Shown piece after piece: positions 25,725-38,762 of a DNA stretch of 64,000 nt; position 1 is the stretch's first letter, and each line of letters starts with the position of its first letter. The translations under genes and the position numbers were made by a program. This DNA is from Octopus vulgaris (Eukaryota). The DNA lies in contig OX597817.1 of assembly GCA_951406725.2 (NCBI GenBank), forward strand, positions 25,916,001-25,980,000, written 5' to 3'. The notes under the pieces were generated by a model that made no database searches, was not told where the DNA came from, and worked only from the letters and a program-made list of their open reading frames with translations.

Positions 25725-25859
25725 TTGGAAGAAAAATATCTTATTTTGTACAATAGTGTATAATACTTTTACTATTAGGATTTCAACATATTATTTAGTC
25801 TTTTAAAACAAATGTATTTTTTTTCATCTTATTTCTGTCTGTATGTATTCAGCCATGTG

Positions 25860-26127
25860 TAATCACCCACCTTTGGCAATCTACCATGCTTAAGGGACAT
25901 GTCAAGCCAAGTGAGACCATAGTCATATCCAGTACCAGTGTTTTGTAACTGGCGCCCATGCCAGTGACACATAAAAAAGGCACCCACTACACTCTTGAAG
26001 TGGTTGGCAGCTGTAGAATTATGCCAAATCAGATTGAAACATGGTACAGCTCTCCAGTTTTTAGTCAAACCATCCAACCCATGCCAGCACAGAAAACTGA
26101 CGTTAAATGATGATTATGATGATGATG

Positions 26128-26130
<3 letters not shown>
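25860..26130 (+). mobile_element. Diverged family C copy
   Basis: CACATAAAAAAGGCACCCACTACACTC body and CGTTAAAT(GAT)n tail. Confidence 0.75.
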
Positions 26131-26172
<42 letters not shown>

Positions 26173-26244
26173 CGTGCGTATGTATGCATATATATATTTT
26201 TTTTTTTCCTCTGTCTTCCCTTCCTTGGATCTATCCTTTTTCTA

Positions 26245-26281
26245 TGTTTCTGACGAAGAGCTACGCTCGAAATGTTAAATA
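26245..26281 (+). ncRNA. Minimal type I hammerhead motif in a ~200-bp element (26195-26385)
   Basis: TGTTT-CTGACGA-A-GAGC-tac-GCTC-GAAA-T-GTT-AAATA. Intact core; stem III ATGT (ACGT decayed). A related element lies at 52100-52272. Confidence 0.7.
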
Positions 26282-26734
26282 CTTCTTCTTTCTTTCCTTT
26301 CCTGAGCGTCCAATAACACTATACTTGTTCCATGTCCTCGCGTTGTTGTGTCTTCTCTTTGTGTTTTCATGTTTGGATTAACTTTATATATATTAATATA
26401 TATATTAACATATATGCTTTGTATTTGTCATTTGTACATTAGGGGAATATTCTCTCAAAGCACCAAGTGTTAAAACATCTAAAGTTGGGAACAGGCAAGA
26501 TAACACAATTCTAATACCATCTAGGACTTATGGACATTGCTGTTTCATCATTTTTGTGACTTGTCACCAAGTCATGGACATGTGAGATGATTCACCTTTA
26601 ATCCCATCTAGGATTGATCAACATTGATGTTTTATCATTTCCGTGGCTTGTCAACATCATGTATCCAGCGACTTATATGCACGTAGTGTGCAAACCATGT
26701 GCAGGAATGCTAGGACAATGCATCCATAAGGATA

Positions 26735-27089
26735 AATGCAAATATGAAACAGAAACAGAACTAGTGTAATAAACATTACTAGCTGCATATACTCAACTAA
26801 TATGATTCTTGTATTTGCCAATAGGATGTGATTCGGTGCAGTGGAGAATCCTCTTTCAAAGAATCCAGGTTTTTTAAACACCTGAAAGTCATAGCCAGGT
26901 GAGACAATTCACCTCTTATCCTATCTGGGAGTGATGGACATGGATGTTTCAATTAATCTCTGATCCTGTTCAGGTATTCTCCACTACACCAAATTGAAGC
27001 CAGGCAGCAAATACACAAAGCATATGCATTAAGCATACGTAGTTGATAATGTTTATTACACTAGATTTGCTTGTATTTCACATTTGAAT

Positions 27090-27090
<1 letters not shown>
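26735..27090. repeat. Old diverged inverted repeat, about 115-bp arms
   Basis: CTAGTGTAATAAACATTA / TAATGTTTATTACACTAG and GGTGCAGTGGAGAAT / ATTCTCCACTACACC occur in mirrored order. Confidence 0.7.
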
Positions 27091-27157
<67 letters not shown>

Positions 27158-27586
27158 AAGGGTAAAATTAATTAATTAATAATTAATAATTTTACCAAGA
27201 AGTTCGGTATGTTAAAAGAACCTTTATCAGCAACCTTATGCAAATATTCTATGATTATAAGTATAATTATAATTAGGGTTCAGCAGATTGCTCTACCACA
27301 TACCGAAATTTAGAAATAACAGTTAAATACTAGAACCCTAATTATAATTATTCTTATGATTATAGAACTTTTGTATTACATATATATATATATATTTGGA
27401 TGGATAGACAGATGAATCGGCAGATGAGTGGCATCAGATCGATGAGTGGAAGGATATGTGTGTAGTTTTGTGTTTGTGTTTGTTTCCCCACCACCACTTC
27501 ACAACTGGTGTTGGCTTGTTTATATCCCTGTAAGGAGTAACAGACTTTTTAAAAAGGGAAATACTGGAATTGATTTCTTTGATTAA

Positions 27587-27808
27587 CCCCTTTGATACCG
27601 ACCCACCTGAAACCGCCTCTGGCTCTGTAGTACAAATGTCTTGTTTTCAAAAGTTCTAAATTAAAACTTTCCATCAGACCTTAGTCGTAATTTATGTTAT
27701 TAACACTAGCTTAATTATAGCTAAGTTATTTTACTAAATTCTTTGTTATATTTGAAATTAATTGAAAGAAACACAAAGCCTCTCAACAGAAATATGATTA
27801 CAAAAGGG
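27587..27808. mobile_element. piggyBac-type MITE
   Basis: TTAA|CCCCTTTG...AAAAGGG|TTAA; homologous to 46179-47078; inserted in an old family A remnant. Confidence 0.85.
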
Positions 27809-28224
27809 TTAAAACACTTTAAGATGGTGTCCAAGCATGACTGCAGTGCAAAAGCTGAAACAGGTGAAACATAAGAAATATATGCTTTTTGCATCAAAGT
27901 ATCAGTGACTGAGTATCCCAAACATAATTGTGCTCTAAATGTAATTCCTGGGAAAACTCAACATGACACTTCTATGTCAAAGTTAGCAAATCAAATTACA
28001 TCTACAATAATTCATTTGACAGACTTTCCAGTTTCTGTTAGCCAGTTTCTCAAAGTTTGGGGTCATCCCAAACCTATTATAGGTTTACTGCTTCAACTTA
28101 ACACTTTGGTTTCCAACATATACAGCATAATGAAATGTGGTGGAGCTGAGATGTATCCCAAGAATGAATCTGAGAGTAAAGTTCAGTTGATATTAAGAAT
28201 GTTGGTCTTCATGTATAAGATGCC

Positions 28225-29205
28225 AACTTAAAGAATGCCACAGTGCTGAAATATGCAGATGACATCAAGCTGTACCTCGAAATGAAGAGAACAGATCCTG
28301 TACACTATAGATCTTTATTGCAATCAGACCTGGACACAATGGATCATGGACTCGCAACTCAAGCTGGCTGTGGACAAATGTACCACCATGCGTTTTGGGA
28401 GGAGAAACCCAGCGTCCACTTACTCCTTCCACAACACTAATTTCAAAAAGTCTTCTTGTGAACGTGACCTGGGTGTTATTGTCGACAGCGATTTGCCGTT
28501 GGACAAAACACATTGCTAAAATTGCCAAGAAGGCTGAGGGTGTCTTGGCATCACTCACCAAGTCCTTTGTGAGCCGCTCTCCGGCTATCTATCTGAGGCT
28601 TTATATAGCTATGGTACAGCCTCACCTGGAATTTGCATCACCGGTCTGGAACCCCTATCTTGCCCAGGATATTAATCGTCTGGAAGCCGTTCAGCGACAT
28701 GCAACCAAAAGAATACCCTCCATCAGGCATTTGCCATATTCTGAACGCCTTACTTCCCTGGGCATGGATACATTGAAACTCCGACGTCTGGCAGCTGACT
28801 TGGCAGACACCCATAAAATTGTTAACCATCTTACTAACAATAACTCTGAGCACCTTTTCAAACTTCACTGTCTAACACCTGTGGACATGTTTACAAAGTC
28901 AGAAAACAGCACAGCTCCCATGACTTTCGGAAACATTTTTTCACACTAAGAGTTGCTGAAGCATGGAACAAACTGCCGGTATCAGTTGTTAGTTGTCGGA
29001 GTACTGCATCCTTCAAAACTTCCATGCTTCATGAGATTCGCCAACACTACACCTGATTTTCTCCCTCCATACACACGCAAGCATGTATCTGACTCATACA
29101 CTGTTCTCTTCCCAGACATTTGTACATTGCTGCATATACTTTATACGAACTTTTGACAAGTTGTGGTGCACCTGAGCACTGTGTACAATAATTTCATTAT
29201 TATAT
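28225..29205 (+). mobile_element. 5'-truncated CR1-clade LINE (RT C-terminal half plus 3' UTR), frameshifted
   Basis: KYADDIKLY, ERDLGVIVDSDL, PHLEFASPVWNPYLAQDINRLEAVQRHATKRIP, RKHFFTLRVAEAWNKLP; short (ATT)n tail. Confidence 0.92.
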
Positions 29206-29519
29206 TATAAAGAATTTACATGTGTATGGAGAGATTCCTACAATCTATATAAGAATAGTAATATAAATGTTAAAATAAAATGGGTTGGTAATGATGATGA
29301 TTATAATGATACGTAAATGACATTACAGACATTTTCTGTTTTTAATTTTTTCAAAGTAATATAGCTCATCAATCTTAGAAATAATATTTGTTATCAATCA
29401 GTTGAAAACAGTTTAGATCAAATTTGTTTGAGGAAAATATAAAGTATGTATTAAAACTCTTTTATTTCTGTGTATTTATTTCATCAAGGAAAACACGGTT
29501 CACATTCAAGTTATATATA

Positions 29520-29536
29520 TCATCATCATCATCACC

Positions 29537-29582
<46 letters not shown>

Positions 29583-29779
29583 CCATCATCACCATCACCA
29601 TCACCATCATCATCATCACCAGCATCACCATCATCATCATCATCATCACCATCACCATCGACATCATCGTCATTATCATTATCATCACCATCATCACCTT
29701 CAACACCATCATCACCATCACCATCATCATCATCATCTTCATCACCATCATCACCACCATCATCACCACCATCATCACC

Positions 29780-29820
<41 letters not shown>
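29520..29820. repeat. (CAT/CAC)n microsatellite contiguous with the tail of a decayed minus-strand family C copy (29820-30085)
   Basis: Direct reading; source of the poly-H/S/D/M pseudo-ORFs. Confidence 0.95.
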
Positions 29821-30087
29821 TTAATGTCTGTTCTCCATGCCAGTAGCTGGCAAGCTGGAGGTCTGCACCTGGTTCCAGTTTTGCAACATTTCTAAGGCCT
29901 TCCAAATTCCAACCACTTTACAGAGTATACTGGGTGCTGTTTCACATGGCACCAGCCTCTGTGCTTCCTTACGTGGTGTTGGCACACGTGCTTTATTACA
30001 TGGAACCAGTTTGGGTGCTTCATGATATGGCCTTGGCTTTGGTATTTTTTCACATAGCACCAGCACAGGTGCTTTTTATGTGATACC

Positions 30088-30318
30088 TGTTTCTTTATTA
30101 CCCACAAGGGACTAAACATAGAGGGGACAAACAAGGACAGACATAGGTATTAAGTCGATTACATCGACCCCAGTGCGTAACTGGTACTTAATTTATCGAC
30201 CCCGAAAGGATGAAAGGCAAAGTCAACCTCGGCGGAATTTGAACTCACAACGAAATGGCAGCCGAAATACAGCTAAGCATTTCGCCCGACGTGCTAACGT
30301 TTCTGCCAGCTCGCTGCC
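30088..30318 (-). mobile_element. SINE family B
   Basis: Full-length; flanking TTTTTA(T/C)GT(G/T)ATACC direct repeats. Confidence 0.92.
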
Positions 30319-30729
30319 TTTTTACGTTATACCAGCACTCATGGGGTCTCCAGAGGTGATACTTGGTTACACCAGTAGAACAGCAAAGCAGTGGGAAGCG
30401 AGGGAGGAAGAAAAAGCTGGAGACAGTCTGAGTGGGAGACAGAAAGAGAGCCTACTGATAGAGAACAGTGACAGGGAGCATAGATAGTACTGAGGAGACA
30501 GAGATGTTAGATAAGAGTGTGAGTGGAGGTATGTAGGGATAGCAAGCGAGATTGAGGGAACTAGCGACCTGTAGTGGGCACAGGGGTTGCTGGAGGACAG
30601 AATTATATATGTGTATGCATATGTGTGTGAGGGAGGTGGTGTTATGGCTGGAAAGTTCATGCCTGTATGTGTGGATAACCATGATTATACTTATTGTGTT
30701 GTATCTACTCAAGCACAGCAAATTGCTAG

Positions 30730-30915
30730 AAGCTTCCATCTCATCATTTCCTCTGTGAGATTCAGTCAGTGAAGATCATTTCTTACCACTTCATCCCAAG
30801 TCTTCCTGGGTCTACCCTTTCCACAGCTTCTCTCCAAAGATCTGTATACAACTGTCCTCGTCCATACACATCACATCACCATACCAGCACAGAGTTTTTC
30901 TCTTGTACACTACAG
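30730..30915 (-). mobile_element. RTE-clade LINE 3' remnant
   Basis: Translation CWYGDVMCMDEDS...CGKGRPRKTWDEVVRND resembles the RTE C-terminal W.GHV.RM...GRPR.TW motif. Confidence 0.7.
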
Positions 30916-30929
30916 TTCATATCTCTTAT

Positions 30930-31332
30930 ACTCTCTTTTACCTGTTTCAGTCATTTGACTGTGGCCATGCTGGAGCACTGCCCTTAGTCGAGCAAATCGA
31001 CCACAGGACTTATTCTTTGTAAGCCTAGTACTTTTTCTATCAGTCTCTTTTGCTGAACCGCTAAGTTACGGGGGTGCAAACACACCAGCACTGGCTGTCA
31101 AGCGATGTTGGGGGGACAAACACAGACACACAAACACACACACACATATATATACACATACATATATACGACGGTCTTCTTTTCAGTTTCCGTCAACCAA
31201 ATCCACTCACAAGGCTTTGGTTGGCCTGAGGTTATAGTAGAAGACACTTGCCCAAGGTGCTACGCAGTAGGACTGAACCCGCAACCATGTGGTTGGTAAG
31301 CAAGCTACTTACCACACAGCCACTCCTGCGCC
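30930..31332 (-). mobile_element. SINE family A
   Basis: Full-length copy, CTTATAC flanking repeat. Confidence 0.92.
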
Positions 31333-31369
31333 TTATACCCAGTTTTCTCTTAAATCATTTACCAGTGTG

Positions 31370-31461
<92 letters not shown>

Positions 31462-31994
31462 AGATGATGGATTAGGTAGCAGAAACTTCAAAGCCACTCT
31501 CAATAAAATTCTTGTATAAGAATAATAAACTTGTACTCCACAAATGTATAGATAAACCCATCAGATTAGCATAAAATTGTTTTTTTTTAATAACTGGACA
31601 TGAAGACAAACATTAACTAGTAGACAGTCAGAGAGATAGATATTATATATATATATGTGTGTATATATATATATATATATAACTAAAAATAAGGGTGTCT
31701 GAGAGACACCACCATGCCGAAATAGCAGTCAAAACCCTGACTTTAAAAACCACGTTAAATGTTCATATCGTACCATGAGATAAGACAGAGGGACAAAATA
31801 GACTAGCAAAAAATATTATTGAATAATTCAGGATCCAGGATTTCTGGTTTTGTTTTAAATAAGCTTTACCGTCATCGGTTGAATATAACAAAGTACATAA
31901 ATACAGATATATATATATGCAGAACAAACGTTATACTTACATATACGAACGTCCATACATACATATATATGCACGTATGCATACATATATATGC

Positions 31995-32039
<45 letters not shown>

Positions 32040-33054
32040 TGTATATACTTATCATTTAATATCTGTCATCTAGGCAGACATAGACTGGATTATTTGATAG
32101 GATCCGACAAGTTAGAGGACCATATTGAACTCAGAGGTTTTCTTTGTCCTGTTTCTCTGGTTTGATGCATTTCCTAATGTCATGACTATGATTCAAGAAA
32201 AATATACTAATATCAATGCGCTTTATTTTTTAACTAACATTAATGAAAAGCTTCACTAAGTGTCTTACTGAACTTAATCTTGTCCCTCTGAGTTTAATAT
32301 TTGAATCATACAGAATTGAAATTTGTTTTTTCTATAATATGGGATTGATAAATAAAATTCTGGTGGAATACAGGAACTGTCTATGCTCTTGTACTACAAT
32401 CTCCGATCTTGTTACTCAATAAGAAACCAAATAACATAAATGTTTTATTTAAGTTTTCTTAGTTCTATGAATAGTGTCTAGGTGCTATACATGAGATTAC
32501 TATTAAACTTATATAAGATTTGTATATGTAGTTGTAAGAAAAAAAATTTGAAATTTCGTTTTTCAAAATCCTATATAAAATACTTTAGTTATTTCTATAC
32601 TTCTATATCAGTAAATATTAATTCAATATATTTTTTTAATGCTTTATCATAATAACCAATGCAAAAAAAATCAGCAAACATCAAATACACATACACATAT
32701 ATACATGTGTACATACATGCATACATACATACATACATACATACATACATACATACATACATAGGACAATAAAGATCTGTAAGACGTTCTTTAGATTTAA
32801 ATGAGGATGAACAAAAGATGCTTTCTTTCACAATCTTACTACCAGACAGGAAACTGATCAAAATTAACTTAAAATACAAAAGCCAAAAGGAAAACATATA
32901 TACATAGACGTATTCATGCATAGATGTTGTGCCTCATGAAAGAAAGGACAACGGACCAAGATGTCTGGTGATATGAAGTTCTAGAGAGAACCTGCCCACA
33001 TCAACAAAACCAAGTTCTAGAATCACTGTGTGCCCCACCTTCACTTAAGAAAAT

Positions 33055-33319
33055 TTCTCCGAATGTGGCCAATGCCAGTGCTGCCTTGACTGGCATGTAA
33101 AAAGCACCAACCGATCGTGGCCGTTGCCAGCCTCCCCTGGCACTTGTGCCGGTGGCTCGTAAAAAGCACCCACTATACTCACAGAGTAGTTGGCGTTAGG
33201 AAAGGCATCGAGCTGTAGAAACACTGCCAGATCAGACTGGAGTCTGGTGTAGCCTCCCGGCTTCCCAGACCCCAGTCGAAACGTCCAACCCATGCTAGCA
33301 TGGTAAACGGACGTTAAAC

Positions 33320-33353
<34 letters not shown>
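33055..33353 (+). mobile_element. SINE-like family C
   Basis: Iterated motifs, body, long (GAT)n tail. Confidence 0.88.
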
Positions 33354-33354
<1 letters not shown>

Positions 33355-34081
33355 CTCTACTACAACAGACTAAGCTACATCATTACATCCTTTCTCTTCC
33401 TCGCGTTTCCCCTTCATGTACTATGCTTAGCTTCCACTCCCCAGTTCTGCCTTTTTGGCCCTATGCCACTGTATCATTGCTCTCCACTAGCCTCCGATCT
33501 GTGTGTTCCACCCACATGCTCTGTCTCACTGTATTATTGCTATCTGCTCACCCTCAACCTGTGTGTTCCACCTACATATAACAAGAAAATGTTTCACTCA
33601 CCCTACCCCAACAAACCAATCTACATCTCCTCATCTCTTCTCTTCCTCACATTTCCTCCTTCATACACTATACCTAGCTCTCACTCCCAAACCCTGTCCT
33701 CATGGCCCTATTCTTCTGTATCATTGCTATCCATTAGCCACCCCACCCCCGCCAACTCTATATATACTCAGGTTTTCACCACTCACTCCCTACCCAGCAG
33801 TCTTTAATCACACTTCCTTTGTAATATCCTGCCTCTTATATTATGGCATTTGAACCTCAAGAGTATGCCCTGGCACTTGCCACCATCTATACCTCTCTCT
33901 TCCTTTACTCAACCATCCCATTTATATTCTGATCCCACCTCCCTTGTGAGTATGCCCAACATTTTGCCACCATCTCTATCTTGTTGTCTCCCATTCTCTC
34001 TTTCCTTCTCCTGCTCTACCCTCAGGTTGGGTAACCATGTATTTCCTTTGCGGTAGGGCACCTGTTTCTGTCTTTATTGCT

Positions 34082-34129
<48 letters not shown>

Positions 34130-34249
34130 GGTAACCTTGTTATTCCTCTACAACAAGACACCTGTCTCTCTCGCTCACTATAACCTTTTATCATCTGACA
34201 CAAGATCACTTCCTCCAATGCCTCGTACCCACTTAAAATTTTTTTTTGT

Positions 34250-34546
34250 CTTGCAATTATTTGGTGACCACTTAAAAGTCTGGGCAAGGTTGTTTATGGA
34301 AGACCAGCAGCCGCCCATGCATACCAGCTTCCACTCTCCACACCACCAGTGTTATCCAAGGGAAAAGCAAAGGCCGATACAGCTTGGCACCTGTGACGTC
34401 GCAACTCATTTCTACAGCTGAGTGAACTGGAGCAACGTGAAATAAAGTGTCTTGCTCAAGAACACATGCAGCCTGGTCCAGGATTCGAACTCACAACCTC
34501 GCGATCATAAGCTCGACACTCTAACCACTGAGCCATGCGCCTTCAC
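34250..34546 (-). mobile_element. tRNA-headed SINE (family D group)
   Basis: Minus strand A box TGGCTCAGTGG and B box GTTCGAATC, then TTCTTGAGCAAGACAC...CCAGTTCACTCAGCTG, shared with 47896 and 55984. Confidence 0.85.
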
Positions 34547-36780
34547 ATAACTATTAAGATATATATATATTTTTTTACGTGTATATACATGCATATATAC
34601 CTGCATATATACATACATACAAAATGATGTATGTATGTGTGTGTATATGTATATATATATATATATGTATGTATGTATGCATGTTTGCTTGTATGCATGT
34701 ATATACAAAATGTGCACGTGCATGACATATGCATACAACTAAATTAAAACCTTTCTGAAAATATTGTTGTTATTGTCAGCATATATTCAGGAATTATTTA
34801 CAACAAAATATCTAGCACCACTTAAAATATATGCTTAGGGGCATTTTTTTTTTTTATTTCTTTGTATCATCAAACCCATCTAATGGAAATTGACATGTCT
34901 ACATGGTGCCTGTTGTTGGAAGTTAAAGGAAGTAGGCTTTGATAACTTTTGACAGAATTAGGTTAGAATGAGGTATGAGTGTCCCTTTTGATTTTTTTTG
35001 TGTTTTTTGTTATTTTTCTTTTTTTGTGAGTGTACTTGTTCAGACTTTCTGGTCAGTAATCATGTTTAACATCATGTATATTGTCATAGTCAGCAAGGGA
35101 ATATATAGAATGTAAGAATACCAAGTCTGGGAAAGATGTAGGGCATTCAGGATGAAATTGCAGAAATATTCGAGACTGTTGTTTATATAGAGCTGAGCAC
35201 ATCTTTAAAGTGAAAATGAAACTAATAAAATTTTTATGTAATCAAACTAATAATAAGATATACAGGTCATGAAATCAAATTAACTTATAGATCTCTCCTT
35301 GCATATTTCAGCTTTGAAATATTTAAAAAAGTATCAGCTACATCGGTTTTCACTGCATTTTTTTTTTTTTTCATTTGACTCTCTGTTCGGTTGGTCCGTG
35401 GAAGCAAAGCATAGACTATGAACTCTGCACACCTTTTCCATGATAAACAAGAAGTGAATGGAAATATCTGGGTACTTAACAAATTAGGAAATTTAAAGTA
35501 GAACAAGTTAAAACAGAACCATAAACATTGGAAATTGCTGTGTCTCTGTCAATAATGACTGTCTTTATATGGGAATATAAATTGATGCCATTGTTCTTGG
35601 TTGGAAGGTCATTTTCAATGTAAGTTTAGAATAATTGCCTATTCAAAACACCAATATCAACAACAACACAATGCCAACACAACCTAACTGAACATTGCCA
35701 CCAACTACAGAATCAACAACAACAATTTACTCAATAAATAAATTGCTAATGTCTATCGTATACACATCTTAAATATTTGATTCTACTATAGAAAGTTCTT
35801 CTGCTTCTATATCCTTCCTTTCTTATTTACTCTTTTTTCTTTTCCTTTCTTTTTCTGTTTTTCTTTTTTATTTTTTTTTGCCTATTTTATCTTTGTTAAA
35901 GTTGTGCAGCAGTCGTGCTTGTTTCTGTATTGCACAGATATATTACTTCTTTACCATTCTGTCTACTTGCAGACATTTGTCTTTGTATACTTTCTTTTCT
36001 ATACAAAGAGAAATGGGTGGTATAGTATTTCTTCAATTAAAATTAAAGATCACATGTCATGAAATTGAAACAATTATTTATAGGCATCACTTTGAAATAG
36101 TTTCGACTTGTAACATTTGCTTTATATAGGTGATGAAATGCCTATTACAGACTTTTATTGATTAATTCGTTTGTGTTATGACTTTTCCTCTCTCATGTTT
36201 TCGAATCGTACTTACCTGAAACGAAACTCCTGTCACCCAGAAAATGTTTTATGATATAAGGTTTAAGATCAGGGTGGCATACATTTTGATGATTCTCATT
36301 CAAATCTCTTAATGAAATTATCTACATATGACTATGTTTCACCATCAGCTTTTTTTTTTTGTTGTTGTTTTCCTTTTCGGCTTTACATTTTCATATATTT
36401 GTCCAGTTATATTACAAAATACTTTTTTTAATATTTTGTATCATATTTTCTATTAGTACTATTTCATTATTAAGGCTAAGTTTTGGAACATAATTCTTTC
36501 ACACTTATTTATCTCTGATTAAATGCAGCAAGGTCTTTATTTAATGTAAGTTACATTTCAATCTCTTTTCTGAATTTTGTGTGATAATTTATGTTCAATA
36601 GCCTTCTTGGTTACAGATTTTATAATAGAACTCTCATGGTTTATTCAACGTATTTTTGTCTGTGGGAATGATGAAGAAAATATCTGCCTCAGCAATGGAG
36701 ATATCATGTAGGGTAGTTTTAATCTAGTATGGGATTTATTTGATTTCTTTACCAATATATATTTTCAAAAGTTAAACATA

Positions 36781-37150
36781 GGTGCGGAGTGGCTGTGTGG
36801 TAAGTAGCTTGCTTACCAACCACATGGTTCCGGGTTCAGTCCCACTGCTCGGCACCTTGGGCAAGTGTCTTCTACTATAGCCTCAGGCCAACCAAAGCCT
36901 TGTAAGTGGATTTGGTAGACGGAAACTGAAAGAACCTGTCGTATATATATATATATGTGTGTGTTTGTGTGTCTGTGTTTGTCCCCGATGCTGGTGTGTT
37001 TACTTCCCCGTTACTTAGTGGTTTGGAAAAAGTGACTGATAGAATAAGTACTAGGCTTACAAAGAATAAGTCCTGGGGTCGATTTGCTAGACTAAAAGGC
37101 GGTGCTCCAGCATGGAGGCAGTCAAATGACTGAAACAAGTAAAAGAGAGA
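36781..37150 (+). mobile_element. SINE family A
   Basis: Full head, body and tail. Confidence 0.92.
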
Positions 37151-37898
37151 TATATGCAAATATACATGTATATAAACATTCACACATGTGTAAATACATA
37201 TGTATACACACACACATGTACACAAATACATAAGTACACCCCCACACATACACATATATATTAAATTCCCACACATTTGTTGTTTTGTTTTTTTTTACGA
37301 AACTCTTTCTACAAAGTTGGATAACCCATCACAGAGAAAACCACAATAAAAGAAATTTCCTCAGGATAGCGTACAATGAGAGAGAACTCAAAATCAAGCT
37401 TCTTATGAAACAGATTCTTTAACACATGTTTACTTAAATATAAACTTGGTTCCTCATACAAGATACATCCTGCTGTTTATGTATTAAGAAAAAAAAAGAA
37501 AAACAATGATATCTATATGGAAAGTTTGTAAGAGATAGGGACACACACACACACACATACACACACACACACACACACACATACACACACACACACACAT
37601 TATGAGCAAATAGTTATGCATGCATTGGTACATGAAGCTAAAAGGTCATGCTGTACATTTACAGACAAAGAAAACACTGCGTAGTAACAAATATGATAAA
37701 GTGAGAAGTGCCAATAAATAAATTCATATGCAATGTATCAAATGCCACGTACATAATAATTATAATTCATACTTCACATATTTATATGCATATGTATGTA
37801 TGTGTCTATATACACACACCTTACAATGTAATATGAGACATAACACTTCAGCACATCACATATTACAATTTGAACAATCTCAACAATGCTTATATATA

Positions 37899-37935
<37 letters not shown>

Positions 37936-38088
37936 TTTATTTGTGAGGTCACTCATTTCATCATTCTACATTTATATATATATATTTATATATATTGATA
38001 AAATCGGTAAGATAACAAAAGAAAGAGACCTCGATATTATGTAAATAGAGGAATTTATCCGTAAATGTAATATGTGACAATTATTCGG

Positions 38089-38162
38089 TAGCCAAGATAA
38101 AACTCCGAGTTTCAGATGCCAAGGTGGAAATCCACGCCACCATCTCTTCAGTTATCCAGCCA
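38089..38162 (-). ncRNA. Type I hammerhead motif with extended stem I, in a short element downstream of a (TA)n tract
   Basis: Minus strand: TGGCTGGATAA-CTGAAGA-GATG..GTGGA-tt-TCCAC..CATC-T-GAAA-CTCGGA-GTT-TTATCTTGGCTA. Stem III quasi-palindrome AACTC-G-GAGTT; GUU triplet. Confidence 0.7.
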
Positions 38163-38369
38163 TCGGAAAAATGTCTTTTTTTCTTTTTTTATCATATAGT
38201 CGTTTTTATGTATTAATTTTAATTCCTTTTATTTTATTGTGTATTTTTTCATATTTTATTTTTTCTTGTTAGTGATTTACTTTTTCCTTTATTACCAATT
38301 TTCAACTTTTATAGGCACTGAATATATCCACATTATTTGTCATACATATAAATACCTAGTCATTCAGAC

Positions 38370-38762
38370 GTGGCGGTGCAATGGCCCAGTGGTTAGGGCA
38401 GTGAACTCGCGGCTGTAGGATCGTGGTTTCAATTCCCAGACTGGGCTTTATGAGTGTTTATTGAGCGAAGACACCTAAAGCTCCACGAGGCTCTGGCAGG
38501 GGGTGGTGGTGAACCCTGCTGTACTCTTTCACCACAACTTTCTCTCACTTTTTCATTCTATTTCTGCTGCACCTTTATTTCAAAGGGCCAGCCTTGTGAT
38601 ACCCTGTGTCATGCTGAATCTCTCTGAGAACTACATTAAGGGTACACGTGTCTGTGGAATGCTCAGCCACTTGCACGTTAATTTCACGAGCAGGCTGTTC
38701 CATTGATCAGATCGACTGGAACCCTCGTCGTCGTAACCGACAAAGTGCCAACAACAACAACG
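38370..38762 (+). mobile_element. tRNA-headed SINE family D, (ACA)n tail
   Basis: TGGCCCAGTGGTTAGG head; perfect 11-bp TSD GTCATTCAGAC at 38359 and 38763. Confidence 0.92.

Larger units (their letters stand above)
22731..25842 (+). mobile_element. Decayed Penelope-like retroelement (Neptune-like GIY-YIG) with internal RT deletion
   Basis: N-terminal ORF remnant from 22915. PLE motifs KGLKFTPTP (~24578), IIIKEVDKGSAVEVMD (~24879), FYGLLNIHK (~25113). GIY-YIG 25211-25537: NFTCTSENLIYVIRCSGCLKNYI...EHI...FPLYKF...FIKKYEPELN. Diverged inverted termini of about 60 bp. Stops and frameshifts present. Confidence 0.9.
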
